A stretch of 64,000 bases of DNA, from NCBI GenBank assembly GCA_965207735.1, contig OZ242296.1:2752001-2816000 (forward strand). Direction: 5' to 3'. Source of the stretch: Candidatus Versatilivorator sp. (GTDB lineage: Bacteria > Acidobacteriota > Terriglobia > Versatilivoradales > Versatilivoraceae). The notes beneath the pieces were generated by a model. That model worked only from the letters and a program-made list of their open reading frames with translations. It was not told the DNA's origin and made no database searches. This document shows positions 63,827-64,000 of the stretch, one piece after another. The position numbers and the translations under genes are program-made. Every line of letters begins with the position of its first letter. Within the stretch, counting starts at the first letter, position 1.

Positions 63827-64000
63827 TCACCAGCGTTTGCGGCGGGCCGGGTCCGACTTGGGCGGTCCCCAGCGGGTCAAAAAGCGCTTGAACCTGCGGG
63901 CGTGGTAGGACTTGCCCTTTTCCAGCTTGGCGGTGTCCTGCGAGTGCAGAATCTTCCCCTGGCCGTCCAGCACGAAGAAGTGGGGGTAGCCGGCCACCTC
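63827..64000 (-). CDS. C-terminus of a probable thioredoxin-fold protein (partial, enters from the right edge)
   Basis: Hand translation EVAGYPHFFVLDGQGKILHSQDTAKLEKGKSYHARRFKRFLTRW...*. Confidence 0.6.
   Translation of the reverse strand, partial: EVAGYPHFFVLDGQGKILHSQDTAKLEKGKSYHARRFKRFLTRWGPPKSDPARRKRW

Larger units (their letters stand above)
62915..63835. repeat. 37-bp direct repeat (1 mismatch) flanking the toxin-antitoxin pair: 62915-62951 and 63799-63835
   Basis: GTGGG[T/C]CCGCTTGTCCTGTTGAGAATCGTCACCAGCG. Confidence 0.92.

Overview
High-GC bacterial chromosome segment. Gene content (fused LptC/LptA-type protein, lptB-rpoN-hpf-rapZ, futalosine-pathway mqnA, giant acidic-repeat adhesin) suggests Acidobacteriota, possibly host-associated; this is inference only. 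The left part (1-14.3 kb) holds transport and catabolic genes, a vapBC pair and an ABC-F. The 14.5-37.8 kb region is a co-oriented accessory block: a virB2-B3-B4-B9-B10-B5-B6-B8-B11 type IV secretion operon with no coupling protein or relaxase in the window, followed by a ~3,636-codon repeat adhesin with a C-terminal beta-barrel. The block carries three clean lesions: IS1380 in virB4, an IS5/IS1182-like element in virB11, and one GAG>TAG in the adhesin. The 38-56 kb region is housekeeping (rapZ, hpf, rpoN, lptB, recJ, CDF, mutS2, dnaG, rpoD, tRNA-CAT, RNase H). The most unusual feature is at 56.0-58.9 kb: a head-to-tail array of one IS110 element and four non-autonomous units joined at CT cores and ending in the mqnA stop codon. 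The IS110 non-coding end contains candidate bridge-RNA guides that match the element's own end junctions, which suggests self-targeting array growth. At the right end, a DEAD-box helicase and a Phd/PIN toxin-antitoxin pair each lie between direct repeats of neighbouring gene ends.
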